DNA of 64,000 nt from Octopus sinensis (GCF_006345805.1 NC_043006.1:42656001-42720000), one strand, 5' to 3'; numbered from the stretch's first letter, positions 1 to 13,125 are shown. Made by a program: numbers and translations. The notes: a model not told the origin generated them from the letters alone.

Positions 1-360
1 GCTGCCAGCTGCCACCAATCAACAAAAAGGCTGGCCAGGCAGCAAAAACCCTGCGAGAATCAAGTCTGTTGGTTCGAGGAGCACAACTGTTCAACTCCAT
101 TCCGGTACATGTCAGAAATCTATCAGGATGCAGTGTGGAATCATTCAAATTGCAACTGGATAGATACTTAAGCACCATTAGAGATGAACCCCATCTCCCA
201 GGATATACACAACGAGCACAAACTGACTCAAACTCGCTCCTACACATGTCAAATTTAAGCAGAGAATACAACCTGGCAACCACACCAGACTCTGAGGGTG
301 GAGTCTTCGACTTGGCCTGAGCATGGACTCAAACCCAAATGAAATGAAATGAAATGAAAT
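1..360 (+). mobile_element. 3' end of a CR1/L2-group non-LTR retrotransposon ORF2 with (GAAAT)n tail
   Basis: Frame 3 reads ...TLRESSLLVRGAQLFNSIPVHVRNLSGCSVESFKLQLDRYLSTIRDEP..., a typical ORF2 C-terminus; stop at 320; (GAAAT)n tail at about 337-360 abuts the internal (TA)n of a SINE. Confidence 0.75.
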
Positions 361-545
361 ATATATATATACATATATACGACAGGCTTCTTTCAGTTTC
401 CGTCTACCAAATCCACTCACAAGGCTTTGGCCGGCCCAAGGCTATAGTAGAAGACACTTGCCCAAGGTGCCATGCAGTGGGACTGAACCCAGAACCCTGT
501 TGTTGATAAGCAAGCTACTTACCACACAGCCACTCCTACGCCTAT
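361..545 (-). mobile_element. tRNA-derived SINE family A, 5' half
   Basis: Reverse complement matches the head of the full copy at 6790-7212 (A box TGGCTGTGTGG, B box GGTTCAGTCCC). Confidence 0.85.
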
Positions 546-1174
546 GGAGCCTTCCAGTTGAGCCTGATTACTGTTTTGAAAAGTATAAACTACTTGGATT
601 TAAAATATATCAAATTATTGGGTAAAGTCTTGGTGGAATGTTGCTTATTTGCCTTACAACTTGGCTCAGCCATGAAATTTTGTATCAATATTATTTGAAT
701 TAAGAAATTTGTCAACAAGGGGTTGCCAGAAAACTTAAATATTGAAGATGAACATCCAAGAGAATATTGGAAAAAGAGTGACTTATTAATTTTGTAGTTG
801 AATTTTTTAAAGATTATGTATTCCTAAAATATTGCAAAATATAATTTTGTCTCCAATGTATATACAATCTGATATTGATGTGATACTAAAATCATATCTA
901 GGATGTCAATCTGTTGCTGATGCTCTTGATAAAAAATATAGTGAATGGTCAAAAAAGAAAACAGATATTTGCACCTTTGCACCATTTTATTGAAAGAATC
1001 ACCCAAGACAACTTTAAGCAGCTTTGCAGATAAATAGGCATTCAGAATTTGATATCAGCTGCTTTGCGATACAATTTGATCACTGAAGCAACATGCTTTG
1101 CTCAAACCCTCAAACAAGGAGTTTAAAAACCTTGCCATGGAAATTGATCATTGGTGGAGGAAGAACCAGACAAT

Positions 1175-1393
1175 TTAACCTTTTAGCATTCGGCTTACTC
1201 TGTCAAATGTAATGATTATGTATTTATATTGTCTTGAATTAATCATAAATTATCTTGCGGTTTCAAGATTTCAATGATGTGATTATCTATTTTTATTACG
1301 AGATGTTGGATCTGGACAGTTTGAAAACAGAAGAAGCAGAATAATTTGGCCAGATCTGGCTGGATCTAGCTGGTTTAAATGCTAAAGGGTTAA
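1175..1393. mobile_element. piggyBac-type MITE
   Basis: TTAA at 1175-1178 and 1390-1393; terminal inverted repeats CCTTTTAGCATT / AATGCTAAAGGG (11 of 12 match). Confidence 0.7.
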
Positions 1394-1785
1394 TCTGAAA
1401 TTTGTCTTCACCTCCTTCAGCATAAGATAGGAACACATCAGATGATTACATTCCTTGTTATGGCTGTAAAACCATGATTAATTGAAGGACAAACATGCAG
1501 ACCGTTCTAATAAAATATACATTGGACAAACAGTGATTATTAAAGATTAACAAGATAATGTGAAATGGATGGGTGGGATAATTTCGAGACCCTTAGCTTC
1601 CATAGTATACTTGATCAAAACAGATAAGGATCACTGGAAATGTTCAGAATCGGTTTCAATTGTAGAGTTGTGAAATATCATTGCCAAACAGATGCACATC
1701 GTATAAATTCATTGAATGGTTGTTGTGCCAAAATTATTCATGACTATCAATGCACCGTATGCTACTCAGTGTGTGTGGGTATATA

Positions 1786-1803
1786 TGTATGTATGTATGT
1801 ATG

Positions 1804-1835
<32 letters not shown>

Positions 1836-1845
1836 TGTATGTATG

Positions 1846-1879
<34 letters not shown>

Positions 1880-1897
1880 TCTATCTATCTATCTATC

Positions 1898-1929
<32 letters not shown>

Positions 1930-2137
1930 TAGATAGAGAGATAGATGAACAGTCCAACTCATGGACTGTTCATCTATCTATACCCATGGAATACAGATGC
2001 TAAATGATGATGATGATAATATATACATTTATGTACATATACATACACACACATCCATCCATCCATCCATCTACACACACATACATACATACATACATAC
2101 ATACATACATACATACATACATACATACATACATACA
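1786..2137. repeat. Compound microsatellites (TATG)n,(TATC)n,(TA)n,(GA)n,(CATA)n
   Basis: Directly visible. Confidence 0.95.
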
Positions 2138-2785
2138 AGCACGCATAATTTCCACATAAGCAGTGACGTAGACCGCTTCAACCTAAAACAAAATCAAGGC
2201 AGCAGAGGCTCTCAACATCAATCCAAAATGCCTTTGAATGTTGCATCACATCCCTTCGGCAACATCTTTTAACCACCAAGCATCAGAGTGCATCCCTTGA
2301 CCAAGTTTACATACATGAGGCTGATAACATCATAAGACTTGGAAGGCTGCTCCTTCAGCAACACTCTTTGTCTGATAACCTAGAATACATGCCCAAAGAA
2401 GTCGCATGACGCACCTTTAGTCAAGCAAATCAACACCAGGACTTATTTTTTTGTAAGCCTAGTACTTATTCTAGCTGTCTCTTTTGCTGAACCGCTAAGT
2501 TTCAATTTATATAAATATATCAAATCATAGAAAAAGTACCCATATATTACACACACCAATTACATCATGCCCAGAAAGACTCAAAGTTGACTTCAGCAGG
2601 ATTTAAACTCAGAACATCATACAGAAACACCTCACAGCTTATAAAGTATACTCCCATTACCCTTTATTGATCATTTTGTGCCACAATTTAGGCAAGTGCT
2701 TTCTTCCATAGCCTCAGTTTGGCCAATGCTTTGTGAGTGAAATTTGGTGGATGGGAATTTTGCAGAGCCTATAATATTACAACCT

Positions 2786-2786
2786 T

Positions 2787-2868
<82 letters not shown>

Positions 2869-3130
2869 ATTCACTCTCACACAGACAGTCTTTCTCTAAC
2901 ATACACCTCTCTCTCTCTCACACACACACACATATACTCCCACTTTCTCTCTCTCTCACTCACACAACTCTCTGTCTTACACACACACCCTCTCACACTC
3001 TCACACTCACATACTCCCACTCTCTCACACACTCTCTCTCTCCTTCCCACACACATACATATCTAGATATACATAGAAATGTGCGTGTGTGCGTGTGTGT
3101 GTGTGTGCGTGCGTATGTGTGTGTGAGTGT
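2786..3130. repeat. (CT)n/(CA)n/(TG)n compound microsatellite
   Basis: Directly visible. Confidence 0.95.
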
Positions 3131-4729
3131 GTCAATGCATCAAATAAAAAAGACATTGTTGATTTACATCCATATACGCTAAACATGGACTTCCTATCAA
3201 AGAAAATTTCCCATTCCATAAATAGAAATCGGGAAATACCAGACTTAAGAGTCGAGTTGATATAATTGACACAAAAAAACCTTGAAGGCAATACTGCAAC
3301 CTGCAAAACAACACAAAGAGTACTTAATCTTGGTATAGGAATTTTGAAATTAAATCTCGCAGGATTAGCAAGTGAATAACTTTGATTTCCATTCTTTTTA
3401 GGATCTCGTTATGTCTTGTGTAACTGAGTTTCAACCTCTCTAGCAGAAGACTATTCACTTTATAAACATCCATTTATGTGTAGTATGTGGCATTCCTTTG
3501 ACAATAAGTGACCAAATGTGATTTATTTTACATCTCACAACATACGAGTTAATCAATTCAATGTATATAAATATTCTTAGTCTTGCTGTGAATATATTTT
3601 ACGTTAAAACCGAACTTTAAGAGAGCATGCGAAGAGCAGCAGGACAACAATGGAATGAGAATCTTGTTATGTCCAGGACAACTGAGTTTATGAGCTCTCT
3701 TCCACAGAAGCATATTTACGTCATAAAAATTCCTTTACGTACAGTATGGGGTATTAATTTAACAAAAAGTTACCAAATGTAATTATATTTTGCAACACAT
3801 AGTATGTAACTTAATCTGTTCAATGTATATGAATATTACTTGTCTTGCTGTGAAGATATTTTAGGTTAAGTGTAACTTTAAGAGCAAATGAGATAAACAA
3901 CTGGTCAGGAATAATTTCAGTTTTCACACACCTATGTTCAGGCCCAGAGGAACTGATTCATACTAAATATATGGATTTCAAATTTTGGTACAAGGCCAGC
4001 AATTTTGAGGAGGAGTAAGTTGATGGGTAACCAGTAATAAAATCACAAGAAAAAATGTCATTGTAATAAAGTCACAATTGTGGCTAGGAAAAAGTTACAA
4101 GTAATTTATGGTGGCTGGTAATAAAGTCACAGGAAAAAATGTCACTATAAAAAAGTCACAATTTTGGTTATGTTTTTGAGGTTTCAATTTGAGATAATGA
4201 ATTTCTTTATCATTTTCATGTCCAGTCTTCAATGCTTGCATGGGCCAGAAGAAATTATTTGAGGCAGATTTTTTTTATGGCCAAAAGCCCTTTCTTAAGT
4301 TCATGAAATTATACTTTTTGCAGATGCCTAAAGTTCTTTGAAATACAGTATGAAAAAAAATCTCTTAGTTATGCCATTATTGAACATCTCAGAAATAGAC
4401 AAAAGCCATATTACTTTCAAGATACAAATTCTTAGTTTCCCCGTAATTTTCTTTAACTAAATGAATGTTTTAAACATTTATATATTGAATTATATTCTCA
4501 CAAATATAAGATGGAAAGAACGCTTTGATTTTGAATTACATGTCTGCACTCAAAAGCATAGAATATTTTCCTTATAGACTGTGCTCTTTGAACTTTCTTA
4601 TCATCTTACCAATTAAATGTTTTTTACAAATTCATCAGAAAGCATATTGTTTAAAAAAAAGCATATCTGATTATCTTTGATTGGTGTGAACATTCTTTAA
4701 TATTCAACACATGACTGCAATTAAAAAGT

Positions 4730-4851
4730 GGGTTACTTGTAATTTTGGGTTGTGTCCCACTGTGTGGAACCATACACAAGTATCTTCTACTGTAGCCCCA
4801 AACTGACAAATCCCTTCTGAGCAAATTTGGTTGATGGAAAAAGAGCCCATG

Positions 4852-4855
<4 letters not shown>
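4730..4855 (+). mobile_element. Degenerate SINE A head
   Basis: gggttgtgtcccactgtgtgg...tcttctactgtagcc...ttggttgatggaaa resembles family A, ending at (TA)n. Confidence 0.55.
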
Positions 4856-4923
<68 letters not shown>

Positions 4924-5254
4924 GATGTTGAGTTATAGGGCATATGTCAACAAACTACATATTCACCATGGCCTTAGAATAGCACACACGCAAATATCAA
5001 AAATGATACATTCAAGAGATACCCAAGAATTCATTAAAAACAGTCCCAATCACTGCTATAATCCCAAAATATTTACTTTTAGGTCACTTGACCATTTAAC
5101 ATCCTACTACTATCATAGCATTCCCACATTCTTCTTCTTCTTCTTCTTCTTCTTCTCTTCTTCTTCTTCTTCTTCTTCTTCTTCTTCTTCTTCTTCTTCT
5201 TCTTCCTTCTTCTTCTTCTTCTTCTTCTTCTTCTTCTTCTTCTTCTTCTTCTGC

Positions 5255-5295
<41 letters not shown>

Positions 5296-5364
5296 GTATG
5301 CATAAAGGAAACATTCTATATATATACATGTGTGTGTGTGTGTACATATTTATGTATATATATA

Positions 5365-5398
<34 letters not shown>

Positions 5399-5400
5399 AA
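4855..5400. repeat. (TA)n 4855-4922, (TTC)n 5128-5251 and (TA)/(TG) tracts
   Basis: Directly visible. Confidence 0.9.
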
Positions 5401-5984
5401 AACTTACTTGGAGAACAGAAAAGAAACGAAACGACGCGAGGGCGCTCAGTCATGCAATACGTTTTCGTTTCTTGTTGAGTTCTACGTCTATTTGTGGTGT
5501 CATGTACTCACATATATATATTTATATATGCATGTATATATACATGTAGATGTAGGTACGTACATATATATATGTATGCATATATTTTATTAATTTATTA
5601 TATATATAAGTGAAACATTCTATGCTTTGAGTGCAGACGTGTAACTTTAAATCAAAGCAATCCTTCCATCTTATATTTGTGAGTATATAATTCAACATAT
5701 AAATATTTAAAACATCCATTTACTTAAAAAATTACGGGGAAACTAAGAATTTGTATTCTTAAAATGATGCGGTTTTTCTCTATTTCCAAGATATTCAGTA
5801 ATGGCATAACTAAGAGCTTTTCTTCATGCTGTGTTTTGAGGAACTTTAGGCAACTGTGAAAGCTGTAAGTAATTCCATGGCATTAAGTAGAAGAAAAAAA
5901 GTGGAACAAACTATGAAATATTACAGATGAGTTAACAAAATCTTTTGTTTGATTTTTGCTAATTTATTCATTTATTTTTTTATT

Positions 5985-6155
5985 CTTCTTCTTATTCAGT
6001 CACTGGATTACAGCCACGCTGGGGCACCATCTTGAAGGGTTTAGGTATCAAATTGAATCCAGAACATATTTCTTTAGTGTCAAGTAGTTATTATCAATCT
6101 CTTTTAGCCAAACAGGTGAGTTTCAAAGTCATAAACAAACCAAAACTGGTTGTCA
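5985..6155 (-). mobile_element. SINE A 3' half
   Basis: cagccacgctggggcacc...caagtagttattatc...ggttgtcaagcga matches the family A 3' module. Confidence 0.6.
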
Positions 6156-6156
6156 A

Positions 6157-6395
6157 GCGAGTGGGGAGAGTACTATAATGACAAAGGCATTGCCAGCCTC
6201 CTCTGGCCCCTGTGCCGGTGGCACATAAAAAGCACCCACTACACTCACAGAGTGGTTGGCGTTAGGAAGGGCATCCAGCCATAGAAACACTGACAGATCA
6301 GACTGGAGCCTGGCGCAGCCTCCTGGCTTCCCAGACCCTAGTCGAACCGTCCAACCCATGCTAGCATGGAAAACGGATGTTAAACGATGATGATA
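6157..6395 (+). mobile_element. 5'-truncated RTE LINE (3' UTR only)
   Basis: ggcacataaaaagcacccac...ggaagggcatccagcc...gttaaacgatgatgat matches 61150-61368. Confidence 0.8.
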
Positions 6396-6414
6396 CATAT
6401 ATATATATGTTTAT

Positions 6415-6666
6415 ATATATAAATACATTAAAAGGCTTCCAAATAAAGAAGCAAGTGTTAGATACACAAGGGGTGGGGATAAATTCATGAAATGGAATGA
6501 TAATTAAAAACGTTTACCATCTCAGTTAATCCTGTACTGCAGTTTCATCTTTTTAGCAAATGAGGTAAACGTTTTTAATTTTCATTCCATTTCATGAATT
6601 TATCCCCTTTTTGTGTATCTAGCACTCGCTTCTTTATTTGGAAGCCTTTTAATGTATTTATATATG
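6415..6666. mobile_element. Fold-back/MITE-like element with ~105-bp inverted arms
   Basis: 6415-6518 is the reverse complement of about 6564-6666 with few mismatches; flanked by TA-rich sequence. Confidence 0.8.
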
Positions 6667-6789
6667 AATAACGTATAGTCTAATGACTAATTCGTCTTTT
6701 GTGCTAGGTCACTGGTAATAAGAATTTATTTTTATTACCCTATTTACTATGTTTTAAATATATGTTTATATATATATATATATATACAC

Positions 6790-7212
6790 ATATAGGCGCA
6801 GGAGTGGCTGTGTGGTAAGTAGCTTGCTAACCAGCCACATGGTTCCGGGTTCAGTCCCACTGCGTGGCATCTTGGGCAGGTGTCTTCTGCTATAGCCCCG
6901 GGCCGACCAATGCCTTGTGAGTGGATTTGGTAGACGGAAACTGAAAGAAGCCTGTCGTATATATGTATATATATATATATGTGTGTGTGTGTGTTTGTGT
7001 GTCTGTGTTTGTCCCCCTAGCATTGCTTGACAACCGATGCTGGTGTGTTTACGTCCCCGTCACTTAGCGGTTCGGCAAAAGAGACCGATAGAATAAGTAC
7101 TGGGCTTACAAAGAATAAGTCCCGGGGTCGATTTGTTCGACTAAAGGTGGTGCTCCAGCATGGCCGCAGTCAAAATGACTGAAACAAGTAAAAGAGTAAA
7201 AAGAGTAAAGAG
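6790..7212 (+). mobile_element. Full-length SINE family A (tRNA head + body + internal (TA)/(TG) microsatellite + 3' module + AAAGAGT tail)
   Basis: Pol III A and B boxes; many homologous copies in the window. Confidence 0.92.
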
Positions 7213-7337
7213 TATATAAGTTCAGCAAAATTTAGATTCAGATGAATATGGTATTTAAGTTATAGGCACCAGAATTTGGTATGGTATTATCCATATAAAT
7301 CAAATGGGTTGATTATAATCACCCCATTTGATTATAT

Positions 7338-7369
<32 letters not shown>

Positions 7370-7379
7370 CTTTTGCCTT

Positions 7380-7529
7380 TTATTACCTCCACCTTAGTGA
7401 AGGTGGAGGCATTACGTTCATCGTGTTTGTTTGTTTGTTTGTGGACAAGATATCTCAAGAACTGCTGGATGGATTCGGATAAAACTTTCAGGTATGTTTC
7501 ACCTTGTGAATGGCACAAACTGATTAGAT

Positions 7530-7574
<45 letters not shown>

Positions 7575-7797
7575 GATTTTGGGATCGATCCACTTCCAGA
7601 CAAGAATTCTGGATTATTTTTTCTGTTTTTTTTTACTTAATTTTTAAGAGAGGTCGGGTTCATTTTTAGTATTCTCATTTGTTAAAGCAGTCAAGTTTAT
7701 TTCAGATATTCTCATTTTAAAAATCATCTCCAGCTAATCGTTGAGAGGACGTTGGTGTTGCCTTGGCAGAGGTTTGCATTCTCCGAGTCCTCTTGTT
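7380..7797 (+). mobile_element. Helentron/DINE-like non-autonomous element
   Basis: Starts ttattacctccaccttag, internal (GTTT)n, ends ccttggcagaggtttgcattctccgagt; homologous 5' end on the minus strand at 26785-26908. Confidence 0.55.
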
Positions 7798-8325
7798 ATC
7801 ATTATTATTATTACCTCCGCCTTAGCAAAGGACCAGGTGGTGTGAAACACTTCATCTTACATTGCTCTACAGTCACATCAACACCTGATGTTGGTACACC
7901 ATACACCTATTCAAGCAACATCGATTTGATGGACAGAATGAGCTAACGCATAACACTAACAATTGATTCCTACAAACAAATCATTCATGCAGGTTGTTCA
8001 GAAAGAAATTGTTTCCAGTCAAAGAACCATTTTTCTTGTCCTCTGAGAAGTTACCCTCATATATTGTTTAAAACAGTTTACTTTATCCCCATCCGACTTA
8101 AAGTTTAGTGGGCTCAACCAGTCATTCAAGTCAGCACTAGAAGAAAAACGCCCTCATCACTGCATCACAACTGCTGTTCGTTTATTTGCATCCCCATAAC
8201 TTACTGGTTTGATAAGAAGAAACTGATACAATAAGTACCAGGCTTATCAACATAAAAAAAGCACTAGGCAGTGTCTCATATTTTTGTTTGCCCACTCAGT
8301 TGTATCTATCAATTTATCTTTTTTT

Positions 8326-8361
<36 letters not shown>

Positions 8362-8471
8362 GATATAGATATATAGAGATTGTGATTTCTGCAATATATA
8401 TATATATGTATATATATATATAATACACACACACACACATATATACATGTATGTATATGTGTATATTCATA

Positions 8472-10142
8472 TCTATTATATAAAAGTCAATGTTTTTATA
8501 TGTGTTCGTGTGTTACTTATACATTCGAAAACTGCTGCACTGATCCTAATGAAATTTGGAACACAAAATCCAAGCCTAGGAAGAAGGGTAATGCTGTGTA
8601 TTTCATACAATTTCATAGACCAAAATTACTGAATAGATCCTTATGATATTTGGAACTTAGATTCAATGCATAAGGGCAGGTATAATGCATTATGTTATGT
8701 TTCGTTTGAATTTCACATGGCTTGAAGGAGGCAGAACCCCCATGAAAATTCATAAATTTTCGATGTTGATGAAATTTCAACCATAGGTAATTGACACACA
8801 TCAAAAAGTATTCTCAAAGTTTCCACTTCTCATGAGGATTAGGGAGTTAATTTTAGTAATTTCTTTTATGATCCAAAACTAGGTCAAATGTACTGAATGG
8901 TTATTTACAAAATTTGCAAATTATATTCTATGCATAAGGGCCAAAACCCCCATGACAATTCATATATTTTTGCTGTTGATGAAATTTTAGCCATAGATAT
9001 TAGACACAAATGAAGTAATATCTATAAAATTTCATCTTCTTACAAGTTAGAAAGACCCCTTTATGGGGACTTAACCACCCACAATTTAGTCATTTTATCT
9101 AAGCAAAGACGAATACAGTTGTACTCTTGGAAGTTATAGGGTCACCTGAGCATAAAAGATGAGCATTATTTGTAATTCAATGGTACAACAGTGTAACAGT
9201 TTGCTTTCACATACACTTACATTGTGATTTCTGCAATGTGGTACATAAATTGTCAAGTAAATGAGAGGCATCTTTGCCTCCACTGATTCAGTTTCAAAGT
9301 GTTGAATAAAGTTATTTGGTTGCAGACTTCCTTTCAGTCTTTTTATTATCACTGGGTCACACATAGTCCCTAGATGGTAACATTGATTTCAAGGCCTTCC
9401 CAGATGAGTGACTGGTTATTCAAAGACATTTATAGATTGTAAATTTATTCTGTCCAGTTACGTATCAGTATAGTGGTCATTTGCAAACTCCAGAGGTGAC
9501 ACTTTCATTTCTCCTTAGCCCTCACATCACGCAGTTGTTAATGTTTATTTCAGTTGGGTCACACCCTCCCAATTGCTATAGATCCATAATACATCTTACG
9601 GCTGTGCCTGTCACCTGTATGGTGAGGAATCCTACATTGGGAGTGGTAACGACTAGGGTAGGGTAACTGACTGCTTATTGTGATCATTCGTCTTTTGGTT
9701 TCCTGTGGCTTTGCTCTCTTTTACAAACCCAGTGAACATACATATATTTCCTATTTCAAAGATATTCAAACAATAGATATAAGACCCAAATTAAAAAGAT
9801 TCTCAACAATTCAACTACTCTGGTTGACATTTAGACACCACCCCCAATAGGGGCCTTAACTCCCACATTTTAGAGCTTCATGATCTCCATTTTTCTGGAG
9901 CAAAATCATTTTAACAGGTTCTATAAGACTGGAATTTTGGAATCTGAGCATAAAAATCAGTAGTGTGGGATACATGTGTCATGATTACAATTTTTTTAGG
10001 GTGTGTAAAGAGGGAAATGACCCTCATCTGCAATTTTGATGAAATTCAAATCATAGGTATTCCAGTTCATTACAGAAAATATAACAGAAAAGTGTAATTC
10101 CTCAATTGCATGTAACATGGGCAACGCCAGGTATCCCTGCTA

Positions 10143-10143
<1 letters not shown>
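8472..10143 (+). mobile_element. Non-autonomous Helitron
   Basis: A|TCTATTATATAAAA 5' end; 3' end GGGCAACGCC hairpin then CTAG|T (10140-10143); A/T insertion site; repeated gatgaaattt modules. Confidence 0.7.
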
Positions 10144-10228
<85 letters not shown>

Positions 10229-10344
10229 ATAATATATATATATAATCACGACTCGCCGCACACCCACAAACCACGGAAGAGGACGACTGCTTCACTGGCC
10301 TGGGCCGCCGACCATCCCCGGGGACGCCTGCCCCTGGCCAGATC

Positions 10345-12273
10345 CTAGCAGTGGATCTTTTCGCGGGCGCTTGTCAGCGTGCATTGGAGCTGTTCAACTT
10401 CTCCAGGCGCCAACGCCGCCTCAACATCTCCCCGGCTGAGCTCTTGGCTCCCTCCAACGGCGCGCTGACATTATCATCAAACCGGCTGACAAGGGTGGAG
10501 CTGTAGTGGTGTGGCGCGCGGACCTCTATAGGGCCGAGGCTTTCCGCCAACTCAATGACACCTCCTTCTATTCCCCTCTGCCCTCTAACCCCACACGTAG
10601 CTACCAACAGACGGTATCCTCTACCGTCCAAGACCTCATCTCGTCCTCCCGTCTCCCCCGCACCGCATCCAACCTAATTGTGCGAACCCCACGTACCCCC
10701 ACCATTTACTTCCTCCCCAAAATCCACAAACCCAACAACCCTGGCCGCCCCATCGTCTCCGCCTGTAACTGCCCCACGGAGCTCATCTCTAAATACCTTG
10801 ACCGTGTCCTTGCCCCCCTAGTGGCATCTCTTCCCTCCCACATCCACGATACCAACCATGCTCTCCGGCTTTTCAACTCTTTCTCCTTTCCTCCCGGCTC
10901 CTCCAAAATCCTTTTTACTATGGACATCCAAAGCCTCTATACTGTTATCCCTCACCACGAAGGACTGCAGGCCCTTCGACACTTTCTTGACCTCCGCTCT
11001 AACCCTGTACCTGACACCTCCACACTCATTCGTCTGGCCGAACTTGTCCTTACTCTGAACTGCTTCTCGTTCGCGGGCGAGTTCTACCATCAGGTTCTCG
11101 GGAGTGGCCATGGGAACGCGAATGGGCCCTAACTATGCGAACCTGTTCGTTGGCTATGTTGAGGCCCAAATATTCTCTAATTTCACTGGTCCCACTCCTG
11201 AACTATATGGTCGTTATATTGACGACATTATCGGTGCCACCTCACTCTCCCGCGAACATCTAGATTCCTTCCTCTCTTTCGTCCAATCTTTCCATCCAGC
11301 CCTCCACTTCACTTCCACTATCTCCAACACCTCTGTCTCCTTCCTCGACATTTCGGTTAGCATTCTTCACTCCACTCTTACCACCTCCATTCACTACAAA
11401 CACACAGACTCACACTCATACCTCAACTTCTCTTCCTCCCACCCAGAACACACCAAGCTTTCCATCCCCTATTCCCAATTCCTCCGTCTACGTAGGCTCT
11501 GTAGTGACGACCATGACTTTGAGACTCAGTCTCAACGTATGGCTCACCACTTCACCCTACGTGGATACCCCCTCACCACTATCCACACCGCCCTTGCCAG
11601 AGCACGGTCCGTGGACCGTGTATCTGCTCTCTCTCCCCGAACCCGCCCTGTAGTCTCCCGCCTCCCTTTTCCCCTCACTTACCACCCCACGACCCTACGT
11701 CTCCAACGCACCATTCTTCGAGCTTTCCGTCATCTGCAGTCCGACCCGTCCACTTCACACCTCTTCCCTAACCGACCCCTCCCCTCTTTCAAACGAGCCC
11801 ACAACCTTCGAGACCTTTTGGTCCATAGCTCCTTCCCTGACCCTACCTCCCAACCCGGCTCGTTCCCCTGCTCCCGCCCACGTTGCCGCACTTGCCCTTA
11901 CCTCTCCAACACCACCCGCCTCACTAGCACCCACCATCGACCCTATCCCATCATCCACTCCTTCACCTGCACCTCCAGCAATATTATCTATTGCATCTCT
12001 TGCTCTCTCTGCAATTCCTTGTACATCGGACAAACGGGACGCCGCTTGGCTGACCGGTTCGCGGAACACCTTCGTGACATCCACCTGCGACGACCACACA
12101 CCGTCTCACGCCATTTCCGCTCCACCGGTCACTCCTTGCAACACCTATCTGTGTTCGGTTTGTCCTTACACAGAGGCCATCCGGATTCCCGTTTGCGCCG
12201 TGAACAGGAATTAATCTTCTCTCTTCGCTCTTATACGCCATTTGGTCTCAACTCTCCCCCCCTCCTCATCTAA
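10345..12273 (+). pseudogene. PLE reverse transcriptase-GIY-YIG endonuclease ORF with frameshifts at about 10448 and about 11096
   Basis: Motifs IIKPADKGGAVVVW, YFLPKIHK, GRPIVS, MDIQSLYT, GVAMGTRMGPNYANLF, YGRYIDD, RGYP, linker CSRPRCRTC, NIIYCISCSLCNSLYIGQTGRRLADRFAEH. Confidence 0.93.
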
Positions 12274-13125
12274 CCCCCCTCTCCCCCCTCCTCACCTATC
12301 CTTTCTCCCCCGACCCCTACTTCTTCAGTCCTTCATCCTTTCACCCCTACTCCCCTTCCTTCTTCCCTCTTTCTCTCCTCCCTCTTCCCCTTTCCCTCTC
12401 CCCCCTCACTCCCTCTCTCCCCCTCTCCCTCTTTCCCCTTCATCCCCCTCCTCCCCCTTCCTCTCCCCCATCCTCTCCTCTTCCCCCTTCTCCTCCCCCT
12501 CTTATTCCCCCTCCCTTATCCCCCCTCTTCTCCCCTCCCCTCTTCTCCCCCTCCCCTCTTCTCCTCACACTACACCACATGACTTTACACATCACATCAC
12601 ATATGATGTGCCATACTAATACACACACCAACTAATACATACTAATACGTACTAATACATACTAGTACATACTAATACTTACACCAACCCTATACATACA
12701 CACGTCCAGACCCCGCATACGCACTTATACTCTCTCACACACACACACACACATACCTATACATACCATACGTACTACTAATACATACTAATACATACTA
12801 ATACATACACCAACCCCATACATACGCACGTCCAGACCAATCTTACGCACTAATACTCTCTCATACACACACACACACACACACACACACCCTTATACAT
12901 ACTAATACATACACCAACCCTATACATACACACATCCAGACCCCTCCACGCACTCTTAGCTGGTCCCTCAACCCGTTTATCAACCCTATTATCTCCCCTT
13001 ATTCGCTCTCGCGTCTCATGTTTGATCTTTGACCTCTGGCCGAAATCAGATCGCCATGTTGATTCGTTAGCTACTGCACGCATTTTTTTCTCTCCTCTTC
13101 TTTCTGTGTTTTTCTCTCTCTGTGT

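Noticed and set aside
3132-3314. Minus-strand LQYCLQGFFVSII resembling class B GPCR TM7 after a ttttgcag acceptor
   Set aside because: Following residues do not match YCFxNxEV; no other GPCR exons found
4020-4170. Cluster of aaagtcaca motifs
   Set aside because: Probably subterminal repeats of an old DNA transposon; ends not definable
12242-12619. 125-aa Pro/Ser/Leu-rich ORF
   Set aside because: C/T-rich 3' UTR tract of the PLE
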